DNA of 64,000 nt from Candidatus Poseidoniaceae archaeon. Lineage in GTDB: Archaea > Thermoplasmatota > Poseidoniia > Poseidoniales > Poseidoniaceae. Within the stretch, counting starts at the first letter, position 1; every line of letters begins with the position of its first letter. Shown one piece after another: positions 49,961 to 60,197 of this stretch. The position numbers and the translations under genes are program-made. Location: assembly GCA_965662895.1 (NCBI GenBank), contig CBFIJH010000007.1, positions 32,001-96,000 of the forward strand. The letters are read 5' to 3'. Under the pieces are notes generated by a model. That model worked only from the letters and a program-made list of their open reading frames with translations. It was not told where the DNA came from and made no database searches.

Positions 49961-52900
49961 ATGAGACGTCAACATGGCATCGTTCTTGTTTTGTTGTTGT
50001 TGTTGACTCCCCTCTCGTCTCTCGTCTCTGCAGAGGACGCCCCCACAGTTTCCATCACCACCGATTGGAACGGTTCTTCTGCTTTGAACAATGAGCATGC
50101 CTATGTTCTAACCTTCGGAGATTCATCGTCCCATGACTACGACATTTTCATCGAACACCTTCAGGGTTCAATCGATTTGAATCCATCGATTCAGACAACT
50201 TTCCTTGACAATACGCCGACGCTTACTGCACGTGTTGTTCTTGATACAACAATCGCTTGGAACGACTCCATTTCCATTCAAGTCACCATCAACGGTCATG
50301 ATGGTGTCCCGCTGTCATCACCGGTCGTCGTGGAACGAACGTTTACTGTTGGTTCGTGGAATCAACCGATGGCAGATCATGAAGTAACGACAACAACCGA
50401 ATGGTCGCTCGAGCAAGATTACCAAACGAGTGAAGGAAACCAATCCTTCGTTTTGCTGTTTGAAGGCAATGGATGGCAACAACGGATTGGTGAAGTTCTG
50501 AATTCGTACGAGTTGGGCAATGGAACCTTGTTGACATCCGAGGTAACAAACAATACCACGACGCAACTCAGCCTTGATTTTGACGCATTTTGGAAGAATG
50601 AAACCGTAACCTCTGGCGTCTTAACCTCGCAAGTTCTCCAAGCCCAAGGAAGTGGCGATATTGTCTTGCAACTTCAGGAAGACGGTTTGGTAACCACCAT
50701 CAATGCAACCGTTGTTGATGCATTATTGAATCGATCGAACATTGACAACGTTGTCTCAGAACGGATTCGCTTGGAAGCGTTTGGAGCCCTACTCGTCAAT
50801 GGCGAGGAAGATGGTGGACAATTCGATGTTGATGGAGACATTAGTCTGTTGCTTCTTGAAACGGTGGATGTTGATGGGGTTCGTGTTCTTGAACACACTC
50901 AAATCGAGGCGACCGCAGACATGATTCTCTCGGATGATGGGTCGCAGTTTAATCTCCAACTTGATCAATTTGAAACATTGGAGCGGTGGGAAAACGGTGA
51001 GCGAACCGACCATCTCGAACTTGTTCGTGGCGATGGAACGTTTGGATTTGAAGACGAAGAAGAGAATTCGACAATGGTTGTGAACGGAACTGTGTACAAC
51101 TTCCACAATCGCATCGAGGATGGAATCACCTTGATCGATGATGTTCATGTTGATGGAACACTCTCGGGTGATGTTCAGGGGACATTTGGCGTCGTACAAA
51201 CCATTGAACAAACAGGGACACAACTCAATCACACACTCGTTGAACACGACGTCAATGTTCTTCACAGTGAGACTTGGTTTAACGTCACAGGGCTTGGAGG
51301 TAGCAATTTCTTTGGTGGCAGCGGTGTTGGTTCTTACTACAATGACTCCTACATCTATCAAGCCACAAATGCCGATTGGGAGAATCGGACCGTTCGGCTT
51401 GTTTGGACGGAGACTGGACCGGACGCATCGAGCGGCGATGAACGGCCTGAGCGCAGTCCAATCGAACAAGAACCAACGCCACCAGAGGTTGAAGAAGCTC
51501 TTGGCAACATTTCCGTCGGACGTGAGGCAGGATTTGCACCCGTCCCCATGGAGACGGGCGATGTTGTCCGCCTTTTGGCTCAAGACGGAATCGTCTTGAC
51601 CGTCACTGCTGGGCCGGAAGCAATCGAGCCACGAGATGCCAAAAACCTCAGTGTTATTCAGTGGACGGGTGTCTACAGCGATGGAGTATCGGGAACTGCC
51701 TTCGGCTCCATCGTTCATCAAGGCCCGTTAACAGGGCTGCTTGCAAACACAGTTCGCTCTTTTGAAATCGAGTTTGGAGATGATGGGGAAACGGCTTTGC
51801 TTAACGAATCGCAAGCGGTTGATGCCATTCTTTCACCAAGCATCGTCTCCGCTGATGACAATACGGCACCGAAGGTTCTCGACCTCTCATTGATGGAAGG
51901 ATTGGTTTTTGGTGAGGGTGGCTCTTCGGCACACCTTGTTGCAACCATTGACGATCCTGATTGGAACATTGTCAGCGTTGTTGTTGACCTTGCATCGGTC
52001 GGACTTGGAACCGTTTTCATGAACGACCGTGGCCTCAATGGAGACCAAACCATTGGCGATAATGAATGGACAACCATGGTTTCCGTCCAAGGAACGGAAA
52101 TTGGTGCGTTACCCATCAGCGTTGAAGTCATTGACGAGTGGGGTGAGAGCGACGTTTTGTCAACGAACCTCACGGTTGAGAATCAAGCACCACGAATTTT
52201 GAGCGCATCGATTGCGCCAGAGAACGTTGTCCGAGGAGATACGACCACGGTCTCGCTCGACGTCGTTGATGATCATGGTGTCGATTCCGTCATTGTTGAC
52301 CTTCGCGAATATGGCGGAAACGAAACGGCATGTTTCAAAGCAGAGCTTTGGACGTGTGAACTCACAATTCCTGATGGAATGACACCCGGTATTCGTCTGC
52401 TTAAAGTGCGCCTAACCGATGTATTTTCGGCGAGTATTCTCGTTACGAAGACCCAATCATCCGGCCATCATTTCCAACCGAGTTCAACCGATGTTGATCT
52501 CGCAGTCACGATCAAGAACACGCCTCCGAAAATCTCTCTCGCGACATCGGAACCCTTGCAACGTGAAACCACAAATACTGAGCAAGCGATTGAAATCTTG
52601 GTGGAAGATCCTGATGGCATTCTCCTTGTACGTGCAGACCTTGGCGTCCTCAAACCACTTGGTCAAAACAACCGATGGGTAACCTTGTACGATAACGGCC
52701 AAGGACTGGATCGAGTTGCAAACGATGGCATTTACACGGCAACCGCTTCAGTCCGTACTTCGACTCCGCTCAGTGCGCACCAGATTTATGTCCAAGCATC
52801 GGATTCGTTTGGTGATGCAACACCACCAATTTCGTTCGTTGTTTCTGTTGGTGAGCCCGATGAGGAATCGATTGGAGAGGAAGCTGAATTCTCGGTAACA

Positions 52901-53008
52901 ATCATTGCTGCTGTCGTAGGCATTGTCGCTCTGTTGGCCGGTTTGTTTGTGTTCTTCAGGCAACGTCAACCGCCAGAACAAAAGCAAGACCGCTTCGGAT
53001 TTCAGTAA
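49961..53008 (+). CDS. Large acidic cell-surface protein with Ig-like/choice-of-anchor-X-like repeats and C-terminal TM
   Basis: Signal peptide; MNDRGLNGDQTIGDNEWT and LYDNGQGLDRVANDGIYT; TM followed by RQR. Confidence 0.8.
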   Translation: MRRQHGIVLVLLLLLTPLSSLVSAEDAPTVSITTDWNGSSALNNEHAYVLTFGDSSSHDYDIFIEHLQGSIDLNPSIQTTFLDNTPTLTARVVLDTTIAWNDSISIQVTINGHDGVPLSSPVVVERTFTVGSWNQPMADHEVTTTTEWSLEQDYQTSEGNQSFVLLFEGNGWQQRIGEVLNSYELGNGTLLTSEVTNNTTTQLSLDFDAFWKNETVTSGVLTSQVLQAQGSGDIVLQLQEDGLVTTINATVVDALLNRSNIDNVVSERIRLEAFGALLVNGEEDGGQFDVDGDISLLLLETVDVDGVRVLEHTQIEATADMILSDDGSQFNLQLDQFETLERWENGERTDHLELVRGDGTFGFEDEEENSTMVVNGTVYNFHNRIEDGITLIDDVHVDGTLSGDVQGTFGVVQTIEQTGTQLNHTLVEHDVNVLHSETWFNVTGLGGSNFFGGSGVGSYYNDSYIYQATNADWENRTVRLVWTETGPDASSGDERPERSPIEQEPTPPEVEEALGNISVGREAGFAPVPMETGDVVRLLAQDGIVLTVTAGPEAIEPRDAKNLSVIQWTGVYSDGVSGTAFGSIVHQGPLTGLLANTVRSFEIEFGDDGETALLNESQAVDAILSPSIVSADDNTAPKVLDLSLMEGLVFGEGGSSAHLVATIDDPDWNIVSVVVDLASVGLGTVFMNDRGLNGDQTIGDNEWTTMVSVQGTEIGALPISVEVIDEWGESDVLSTNLTVENQAPRILSASIAPENVVRGDTTTVSLDVVDDHGVDSVIVDLREYGGNETACFKAELWTCELTIPDGMTPGIRLLKVRLTDVFSASILVTKTQSSGHHFQPSSTDVDLAVTIKNTPPKISLATSEPLQRETTNTEQAIEILVEDPDGILLVRADLGVLKPLGQNNRWVTLYDNGQGLDRVANDGIYTATASVRTSTPLSAHQIYVQASDSFGDATPPISFVVSVGEPDEESIGEEAEFSVTIIAAVVGIVALLAGLFVFFRQRQPPEQKQDRFGFQ

Positions 53009-53031
53009 GCATACAATTGCGCCGACAATCG

Positions 53032-53037
53032 TTTATA
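53032..53037 (+). promoter_or_regulatory. TATA box of tRNA-Gly
   Basis: TTTATA about 30 nt upstream of mature tRNA 5' end. Confidence 0.6.
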
Positions 53038-53065
53038 CCCCTGCTCAGTGGGTTGGTTGCTACCT

Positions 53066-53140
53066 GCGAGCGTAGTGTAGTGGTTATCACCGGGCGTTGC
53101 CAACGCCTGAACCCGGGTTCGAGTCCCGGCGCTCGCACCA
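53066..53140 (+). tRNA. tRNA-Gly(GCC), encoded CCA, no intron
   Basis: Acceptor GCGAGCG/CGCTCGC, anticodon arm GGGCG-TTGCCAA-CGCCT, T arm CCGGG-TTCGAGT-CCCGG, ACCA end. Confidence 0.97.
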
Positions 53141-53187
53141 AAATCAATTGAAAGAGCCTTTACATACTGCTTGTTCAATGGCATACT

Positions 53188-53505
53188 ATGACTGAAGCAC
53201 GGGTTGTTTACGTCGGCAGAAAACCTTCCTTTGCGTACGTTAAAGCGGTTCTCATGGCGATGAGAGAGGGCGAACGCCTTGTACGACTCCAGGCACGAGG
53301 TCAAGCCATCAGTCGAGCTGTGGATGTTGCAGAGATTTGTCGCCGTCGTCATGGAATCATCGCTTCGATGTTGCCAGAAACAGTTACGATTGTTGACATG
53401 AAGACAGATTCAATCGAACTTCAAGATGATGATGGTCGCACCAAAACCGTGAGCAGTATGTACATCGAACTGCTTGGTGAGGGCGAGATGACCGAAGAAG
53501 AGTAA
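53188..53505 (+). CDS. Alba-family DNA/RNA-binding protein
   Basis: YVGRKP..YV, LQARGQAISRAVDVAE, VSSMYIEL. Confidence 0.88.
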   Translation: MTEARVVYVGRKPSFAYVKAVLMAMREGERLVRLQARGQAISRAVDVAEICRRRHGIIASMLPETVTIVDMKTDSIELQDDDGRTKTVSSMYIELLGEGEMTEEE

Positions 53506-53862
53506 TCACAACTCAGACAAGCGTCGCTCAATTTCCGCAGCCGTAGCCTCAAAAACGGGAAGCGATTGACCAACCGGGTCATCAAGTCCCCAGTCCTCAT
53601 CGATTCTCATCGTTGGGCAAGAGACACCACAACCCATGGAGATGACCATATCATAATCACTTGCATTGAACAAATCGACCGATTTTGGCTCCAGTCCTTC
53701 GGTCGAGATTCCCTTTGACTCGAGGACTTTGAGGGCATTTGCTGAAACTTGGCTTGCAGGATGGGTTCCCGCACTTGCTGCTTCGTGGCCCAGATGTCGA
53801 GCAATTCCTTCTGCCATTTGAGAACGACAAGAATTCCCGACACAAACAAACAACAAACGCAT
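53506..53862 (-). CDS. arsC: Arsenate reductase ArsC / LMW-PTP family
   Basis: CVGNSCRSQMAE P-loop, MGCGVSCP redox cysteines, WGLDDP. Confidence 0.85.
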   Translation of the reverse strand: MRLLFVCVGNSCRSQMAEGIARHLGHEAASAGTHPASQVSANALKVLESKGISTEGLEPKSVDLFNASDYDMVISMGCGVSCPTMRIDEDWGLDDPVGQSLPVFEATAAEIERRLSEL

Positions 53863-53927
53863 ACTTGCACCTAAGTGATGTACCTTATCAACATTGACTC
53901 TTTAGAACAATGAGAGAGGTTTCTGCG

Positions 53928-54266
53928 ATGCGGCCGGTGATTGTTTTCTCGAGCACGTATGCTCTTCTCTTTTTTCTCCACATCGTATTTGCAGCCAACG
54001 ACTTTGATCTGCTCTTTCGAATCGTTGCGCTCGTCCTGGTTGCCATGACGTTTTTTTGTGGTCCGTTGCTTTGGTTCATTGGAAACGGAAACGAGTCAAC
54101 GTTTGCATCCATCATCAAAACAGGTTTTTTCATCAGCATCCCGCTTGCGGTTGGAATCGCATATGCTTTTACTGATATGGAATTAAAGTTCGTTGGGACC
54201 TCAATTGCTTTGCTGCTCACAACGCTTACCCACCGTGGCTGGTTTCTTTTGATGAAGGCAAAATAA
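53928..54266 (+). CDS. Small 4-TM membrane protein
   Basis: Hydrophobic ORF filling the gap. Confidence 0.6.
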   Translation: MRPVIVFSSTYALLFFLHIVFAANDFDLLFRIVALVLVAMTFFCGPLLWFIGNGNESTFASIIKTGFFISIPLAVGIAYAFTDMELKFVGTSIALLLTTLTHRGWFLLMKAK

Positions 54267-54300
54267 ACGCATTGAAGTAGGCAGAACTTGTGGAACATCC

Positions 54301-55317
54301 ATGTCCGATTCCCCGGTTTCGATTCACAACCCAGGAAACGATGCTCCAGAAAAAGCACCAGAGGCGCCTGACCCTGCAGCACAAAAGCAAATGGAACAAG
54401 CCTACGCTCAGATGAAGCGAAAAATGGCAATGGCAGAAATTGGAAAGAAAATCAAACACAAAATCATGGTTCTTTCCGGAAAAGGTGGTGTCGGCAAGTC
54501 TACCGTCTCAACAGGTCTCGCCCTCGCTCTTGCCCAGCAAGGTCACAAGGTTGGAATTTTGGACATTGATATTACAGGACCGAACGTACCGAAGATGATG
54601 GGGCTCGATGGTCGTAAACTCCATGTTGAGGCAGGAAGAATCCATCCTGCACAAGGGCATCTCGGCGTCAAAGTCATTTCGATGGCGTTTCTTCTCGAAG
54701 ACGAGGATACCCCTGTTGTATGGCGTGGCCCGATCAAACTCGGAGCAATCCAGCAGTTCATCGGCGATGTTGAATGGGGGAATTTGGATTACCTCATCAT
54801 CGATTTCCCTCCCGGAACTTCAGACGAGCCGCTGACCGTGGCTCAATCCTTGCCGGACATTGACGGAATGGTCATCGTTACCACGCCACAAGATGTAGCG
54901 TTGCTCGATAGTCGTAAATCGATTTCATTTGCTTCGTCCTTGAAGGTTCCAGTCCTCGGTGTTGTTGAAAACATGAGTGGATACACCATCCAAGGAAAAG
55001 GAGATCCTGGTTCAGAGATTGAAATCGCTGCACCTGCAGGCCGAACGGTTCGAGCGACGTGCGATGACGAGGGTCGATTCAGCGTCACACTTGACATCTT
55101 CAAGGAAGGTGGAGGTCGCTCGACTGCAGAAGAATTTGGTGTACCATTCCTTGGTGCTCTTCCGTTCGACCCAGGATTTGTTCGAGGTGGAGACGATGGT
55201 GTTCACCGAATTGTCAGCGAGCCTGAAGGGGCGTCAGCCTCTGCATTCTCTCATGTCGTTGCTTCCATACAATCGCAACTTGACGGAGCGACTTCGTCCA
55301 ACTTAGAGATCATTTGA
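54301..55317 (+). CDS. Mrp/NBP35 (ApbC) family ATPase lacking the CPxC motif
   Basis: [38 protein letters not shown]. Confidence 0.92.
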   Translation: MSDSPVSIHNPGNDAPEKAPEAPDPAAQKQMEQAYAQMKRKMAMAEIGKKIKHKIMVLSGKGGVGKSTVSTGLALALAQQGHKVGILDIDITGPNVPKMMGLDGRKLHVEAGRIHPAQGHLGVKVISMAFLLEDEDTPVVWRGPIKLGAIQQFIGDVEWGNLDYLIIDFPPGTSDEPLTVAQSLPDIDGMVIVTTPQDVALLDSRKSISFASSLKVPVLGVVENMSGYTIQGKGDPGSEIEIAAPAGRTVRATCDDEGRFSVTLDIFKEGGGRSTAEEFGVPFLGALPFDPGFVRGGDDGVHRIVSEPEGASASAFSHVVASIQSQLDGATSSNLEII

Positions 55318-55325
55318 GTGATTTT

Positions 55326-55679
55326 ATGACCGATACACCGCTGGAACTTCGCCGCCTCGAACGTCGAGATACCGACATGGAACTCACCTATGAGGACGGA
55401 ACAACGTTGACCGTCACCTATGATGATCTTCGTCACGCTTGCCCTTGTGCCAAGTGTGCGCCGTTGCGCAATGAAGATGAGACAAGCATGCAACTTCGTC
55501 GCACAGTTGAAGCATTGCCAAAGCAGAAACCACTCGTTCGTACTGTCGGCAATTACGCACTCTCATTTGAATGGGAATCTGGGTGCTCGAGTGGAATTTA
55601 TCGATTTGAACGGATTTGGGACTTGGCCCACCGTCGCGACCCTGATCGAGGCCGCCCCTATGTTCACGGAGCTTGGTGA
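55326..55679 (+). CDS. DUF971 (GBBH-like N-terminal) protein
   Basis: LRHACPCAKC, VGNYAL.F.W..G.SSGIY. Confidence 0.85.
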   Translation: MTDTPLELRRLERRDTDMELTYEDGTTLTVTYDDLRHACPCAKCAPLRNEDETSMQLRRTVEALPKQKPLVRTVGNYALSFEWESGCSSGIYRFERIWDLAHRRDPDRGRPYVHGAW

Positions 55680-55755
55680 AACAACCGCATCAGGCTGAAA
55701 TAAGGTGCAGGTTTCTTGAGTAAAAACGCTCACCGTTGGTTCAGGAGGCTTCTTG

Positions 55756-57852
55756 ATGGATGGTGTCTATCTCACCTGGCTCATCTCAGCTCTTGCTGTA
55801 GGTGTCTTCTTGATGCCCGTCTTCAAGCCTCCGTGGGCTCGCTTGACTTTGAGTGGCTTTGTTGATTTCATTCGTCGTTATTGGTTGCATCTGCTCATTG
55901 CTTTGTCCATTTACAATGCGAAAGATTTCCTCGACCAAGTTGACAGAATCCTCATGGCTCGTACAGGCATCGATATGACGCCTTACATCTATGCCATCGA
56001 GGGTGACCTGGTTGTATGGTTCCAAGACGTGTTTCGAGCTACTTGGCTTGACGTCTTTATGACCCATTTCTACATTGCAGGATTCATGTTCATCACCTAT
56101 TCATCCATCTTCTATGTGACATACTTCGATGATCGCTGGATGGCAGATCGTATTGCTCTATCCATCGCTTGGGTGTACCTCTTAGCGATTCCATTTTATC
56201 TCTTTTTCAATGTTCGAGTAACAGGTTTTTACATCGAAGATATGGATGCAATCGCCTACACATTGAATCCTGAGATTGAAGATTGGTTCCGTCGCATTGA
56301 TGCTTTTACAAACTGCATGCCATCGCTGCATATCGCTGTTCCATTTGCGATTTGGCTTACATTTCGCAAACACGATCATGATGGGCGATGGCGCCGTTTC
56401 CAAAACATGACCTTGGGCTACATCATTCTCACTGCATTCGCAATCATCTATCTCGGAATCCACTGGTTTGTTGACATCATCGGAGGCATGATGGTTGCCG
56501 CATTAAGCGTACGACTGAGCGATGCCACCAACGAATCCGTTTGGAAGGTCTTCGATGAGCGAACCATCAACAGCCGTCTTGCAACGCTTTTGACCAAACC
56601 TCGGCATTCTGCGTCTATTATGTTGAACCGAATCAAAGCCTATTCCGCGCGTTTGATGAAACCAACAAGCAGAGAAACGGGTACATTCATCATCGTGATA
56701 CTGATTTTGACGGGGGCTGTGATCACCTGGGATTTAACGCATAATGAACTTCCAGCAGAAGGTGTTCAATCCGCACAAGGCGCCGTTGCATCGGAAGGAT
56801 GGATGGCAACAATGGACAATCAATCAGATGAAGCCATCGTATTGATTCATGACGTATCTGAGCCAACTTTGCTTCCAAATACAGTCGCACAGCCAACGAT
56901 GGAGTTCGATTCGCCTCTCGCATTGTATGAAAACTTCCTCGTAGTTGCCAATGGAACCGAATTACGCGTTATCGATGTAGAACAACCAGAAGAAGTCCTT
57001 TTCAGAAAAGAAGTCCTTGCCATCCAATCCTTGCAAATGACTGCTTTGCAAGGAGAGATCGTTGTTCTTTACGTCGCCAATGACGCCCTGCATGGATTGG
57101 ATTTGGATGGGGAGGCGGTGCTTCTTCCAACACTTCCAAGCGGTGAAACAATCGAGTTAATGTCCGTCTCTGGGATTGAGATTCTTATGGTTTCGAAAGA
57201 ACAACCATCAACCCTTCATATCGGAACAATTGGAGCATCAGGTACGCAAAACATCCCTGTGAATGCATCAACGACGGATGAACAAAATCTGGTTCTCGAA
57301 GAGCGTGGACAAGTTGTTGATGAGGCCAATGCAAGTATTGTCCAAGTGGCCTTTGATTCACAGCACATCGCCATTCGAGTGAACGTATCAGCCCTTGATC
57401 GAATGGTCCTTTTTGACCGACTGACAGGAGACCAATGGTTTGGATTTGATCCGATTTTCCCTGTTGGAAATGTCTCGCTTGGTTACGAGTACGTCGTTTG
57501 GGAAGCAAAAGACCACTTCAATCCGTTGAGTTTTACCGACAAATATGGTGATTGGGAGCTGCATCAATTGCATCTCCCGACAAACTATTCCGAGCAATTA
57601 ACATCCGACGGCATCGATCAGTTGAACCCAATTGCTTTGCAAGAAGGCATTGCCTACATCGAAGTCGATGATGATGGAGAGATGACGATGAACGTATTGA
57701 ATCGAGGAACTGAACTTGCAACCTATTCCAGTCTCATCCTCCAGTGGTCGGTGATCATCCTGATTGGCCTTACCTTCGTTTACATCTTGCAACGACAAGA
57801 CGAAGACCGCTTCGTTGGGGTCAACCATGATAGCGTACTCGAGTCCGAATAA
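55756..57852 (+). CDS. PAP2/Aur1-like phosphotransferase fused to an extracellular beta-rich domain
   Basis: CMPSLH and YLGIHWFVD catalytic motifs; extra TM, ~330-aa acidic domain, final TM. Confidence 0.8.
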   Translation: MDGVYLTWLISALAVGVFLMPVFKPPWARLTLSGFVDFIRRYWLHLLIALSIYNAKDFLDQVDRILMARTGIDMTPYIYAIEGDLVVWFQDVFRATWLDVFMTHFYIAGFMFITYSSIFYVTYFDDRWMADRIALSIAWVYLLAIPFYLFFNVRVTGFYIEDMDAIAYTLNPEIEDWFRRIDAFTNCMPSLHIAVPFAIWLTFRKHDHDGRWRRFQNMTLGYIILTAFAIIYLGIHWFVDIIGGMMVAALSVRLSDATNESVWKVFDERTINSRLATLLTKPRHSASIMLNRIKAYSARLMKPTSRETGTFIIVILILTGAVITWDLTHNELPAEGVQSAQGAVASEGWMATMDNQSDEAIVLIHDVSEPTLLPNTVAQPTMEFDSPLALYENFLVVANGTELRVIDVEQPEEVLFRKEVLAIQSLQMTALQGEIVVLYVANDALHGLDLDGEAVLLPTLPSGETIELMSVSGIEILMVSKEQPSTLHIGTIGASGTQNIPVNASTTDEQNLVLEERGQVVDEANASIVQVAFDSQHIAIRVNVSALDRMVLFDRLTGDQWFGFDPIFPVGNVSLGYEYVVWEAKDHFNPLSFTDKYGDWELHQLHLPTNYSEQLTSDGIDQLNPIALQEGIAYIEVDDDGEMTMNVLNRGTELATYSSLILQWSVIILIGLTFVYILQRQDEDRFVGVNHDSVLESE

Positions 57853-58504
57853 CTTCGAATCGTTCGAGAACGTCTTCCATTGCAACAGGGTCACCGCCCG
57901 ACGTGGTCGGCGCAGGTCCCAGTTCCTTTTCGCATTGTGAATATCCTTCGAGAATCGCTTCCATGGCACCTTCTCGATGTGGGTGAGAAGCACCAAGAAT
58001 TTCGAATAAAACGTGAAGGTCAATCCCGTACAGTTCTGTTTCAAATTCAATCTTGGCCAGTCCAAAATCAATCAGGACAGCCTCTCCATCCGGCGTCATC
58101 ATGATGTTGTTGGTGGATAAATCGCCATGAACGACCGCTTGCCGATGCAGCATTCGAATACTTCGGCCAGCACAGCGAAGATGCTGCAAAACGGTTTCGT
58201 CATCGATTGAAGGGTCGTTCAACAACTCGATGAGTGGCAGACCTGGAACGTTGCTCATGACCAATTCCTGCTCATAGAGATCGCAATCGTAAAGCACGGG
58301 AATGTTGAGTCCGCATTTGTACAAACGGGCCATGAGTCGTGCTTCTGCAATCATTCGTCGCCTGCCCAGCCGGTCGTCCAAGTCAGGATGGCGCCATGAG
58401 CGCAGTCGACGCTGTTTACGAACAGCAGGAAGCCCCATCCATGAGCCACGCCACACCTCGGCCTCTGCGCCCAAGTGCAATCGCTCTTCAGCCGTGAATG
58501 CCAT
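57821..58504 (-). CDS. bud32: KEOPS kinase Bud32 (stand-alone)
   Basis: GAEAEV, WRHPDLD, HGDLSTNN, IDFGL, DLHVL, R.R.RY C-terminus. Confidence 0.92.
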   Translation of the reverse strand: MAFTAEERLHLGAEAEVWRGSWMGLPAVRKQRRLRSWRHPDLDDRLGRRRMIAEARLMARLYKCGLNIPVLYDCDLYEQELVMSNVPGLPLIELLNDPSIDDETVLQHLRCAGRSIRMLHRQAVVHGDLSTNNIMMTPDGEAVLIDFGLAKIEFETELYGIDLHVLFEILGASHPHREGAMEAILEGYSQCEKELGPAPTTSGGDPVAMEDVLERFEVIRTRVRYHG

Positions 58505-58589
58505 CAAACATCTCGAGTTGCCTCCTTTTGATAAGTTCAGCGATATCAATGGGTTGAAATTGGAAGGCGACTTGGAGAGAATGATACGC

Positions 58590-59744
58590 ATGTCCATTTC
58601 GCTTGCTATGTGCGCAGTTGACTTTTCCTCGACCTCAATGTCGCCAGAAGATGTCGCGATTGCAGAGCGCATCGCTGAACTGAAACACGAACTTGGTGAT
58701 GATTTACTTATCCTTGGTCATCACTACCAGAGAGACAGCATCGTGATGCATGCTGATTTCCTTGGTGATTCCTTCATGCTGAGTCAAAAAGCTGCCGAAT
58801 CGGATGCAAAATACATCGTCTTTTGCGGCGTTCATTTCATGGCAGAATCGGCCGACATTCTGACGTCGGACGAGCAAATTGTCATGTTACCAAATTTGCG
58901 AGCAGGATGTTCAATGGCCGATATGGCAACGCTTGTTGATGTTGAGGCGGCTTGGAAGGACATGCTCGCAGCGACCAATCTTCACGACCCGATCAACAAA
59001 AACAATCCAGCTGACCTTGCAGAGGAAGGCGAGGCCTATCTTGTCCCAGTCACGTACATGAACAGCAGTGCAGATCTGAAGGATTTTGTTGGTCGTCATG
59101 GTGGAATTGTTTGCACTTCATCCAACGCTGAAGGTGTTCTTCAATGGGCGTTTGATCGAGCAGGGCCGAACGGTGCAGTGCTGTTCTTCCCCGATCAGCA
59201 CCTTGGACGAAACACAGGCCTTCGGATGGGTATAACGGAGCAACAGATGCCGACATGGACCCCGGGTATCGGTGCAAGTTCCGATTTATCCGAGGCCCGA
59301 ATTATTCTCTGGCATGGCTTCTGTTCCGTCCACAAGCGATTCAAACCAAGTCAAATCGCTGATTTCCGAGAGCGATATCCTGAGGGGGTTGTTGTGGTTC
59401 ATCCCGAGTGTCCCAAGGAGACCGTGGAGGTGGCCGATGCAAACGGTTCAACGCAATACATCATCAATTACGTGAACGATTTGCCCGATGGCGCAACCGT
59501 CGCCATTGGCACAGAAATCAACATGGTCGCTCGTCTCGCTGACGACCATCCAGACAAACACATCGAATGCCTCGACCCTGAAATTTGTCCTTGTTCGACC
59601 ATGTACATGATTCATCCAGCGTACCTCATGGATCTGTTGGAAAAACTTGTTGAAGGTCAGGTTCACAACCAAATCACGGTTTCAAAAGACGTACAAGAAG
59701 GATCTCTTCTCGCTCTTGAGCGCATGCTCAGCATCCGTGTGTAA
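58590..59744 (+). CDS. nadA: Quinolinate synthase (start uncertain, 58581-58608)
   Basis: GHHYQ, GDSF, CGVHFMAE, GCSMAD, YMNS, CTSSNA, PDQHLG, CSVH, HPEC, CSTM. Confidence 0.94.
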   Translation: MSISLAMCAVDFSSTSMSPEDVAIAERIAELKHELGDDLLILGHHYQRDSIVMHADFLGDSFMLSQKAAESDAKYIVFCGVHFMAESADILTSDEQIVMLPNLRAGCSMADMATLVDVEAAWKDMLAATNLHDPINKNNPADLAEEGEAYLVPVTYMNSSADLKDFVGRHGGIVCTSSNAEGVLQWAFDRAGPNGAVLFFPDQHLGRNTGLRMGITEQQMPTWTPGIGASSDLSEARIILWHGFCSVHKRFKPSQIADFRERYPEGVVVVHPECPKETVEVADANGSTQYIINYVNDLPDGATVAIGTEINMVARLADDHPDKHIECLDPEICPCSTMYMIHPAYLMDLLEKLVEGQVHNQITVSKDVQEGSLLALERMLSIRV

Positions 59745-60164
59745 TTATTCGACCAGTCGTCGTAATTCTTCCACACTTCGTACTTCAGCAAGATAGATTT
59801 GTTCGATTGCATCGTACAACTCGGTATCTCCTGCATCCTCAATCAATTCCATCAAATCGCCGTAGACTTCGGCTGCCTTTGTTTCGGTTTTGAGTGATTC
59901 AGAGAGCATATCCAGATAAGACGAAACGTGCTCAATGGGTGTTTGATTTCGTTCCGTTACTGCAACACCACCGAGCTTTACAATCGCCGAGCGGACGATG
60001 TTCGAATGAACCATCGATTCGTTTGCCTCAGAAGTAAAGTGGGGCTCAAGTTGCAATCTATGGATTCCTCGGATGTATGCTGCATAGTGTGCATACATGT
60101 TGATGGCTCGCAATTCCCATCCGAGCGCTTCGTTGAGTTTTGCAATCAAATGGTCGGTTGTCAT
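59745..60164 (-). CDS. Ferritin-like (bacterioferritin-type) protein
   Basis: LNEAL.WEL.A..Y, E..H, IVKLGG, E.KA..Y four-helix pattern. Confidence 0.8.
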   Translation of the reverse strand: MTTDHLIAKLNEALGWELRAINMYAHYAAYIRGIHRLQLEPHFTSEANESMVHSNIVRSAIVKLGGVAVTERNQTPIEHVSSYLDMLSESLKTETKAAEVYGDLMELIEDAGDTELYDAIEQIYLAEVRSVEELRRLVE

Positions 60165-60197
60165 CGTGTAGATGCTTGTGATGCTTCCACTTAAACC

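Noticed and set aside
50789-51721. Long antisense ORFs (also 11582-12376, 37111-37851, 61363-61992)
   Set aside because: Shadow frames of well-supported genes with no recognisable motifs.
53066-53200. Integrated element at tRNA-Gly
   Set aside because: No integrase and no duplicate of the tRNA 3' end seen; flanking genes are housekeeping.
58302-58672. Long N-terminal extensions making nadA and bud32 overlap
   Set aside because: Homology motifs start at ~58590 and 58504; the extensions are just open antisense frame.
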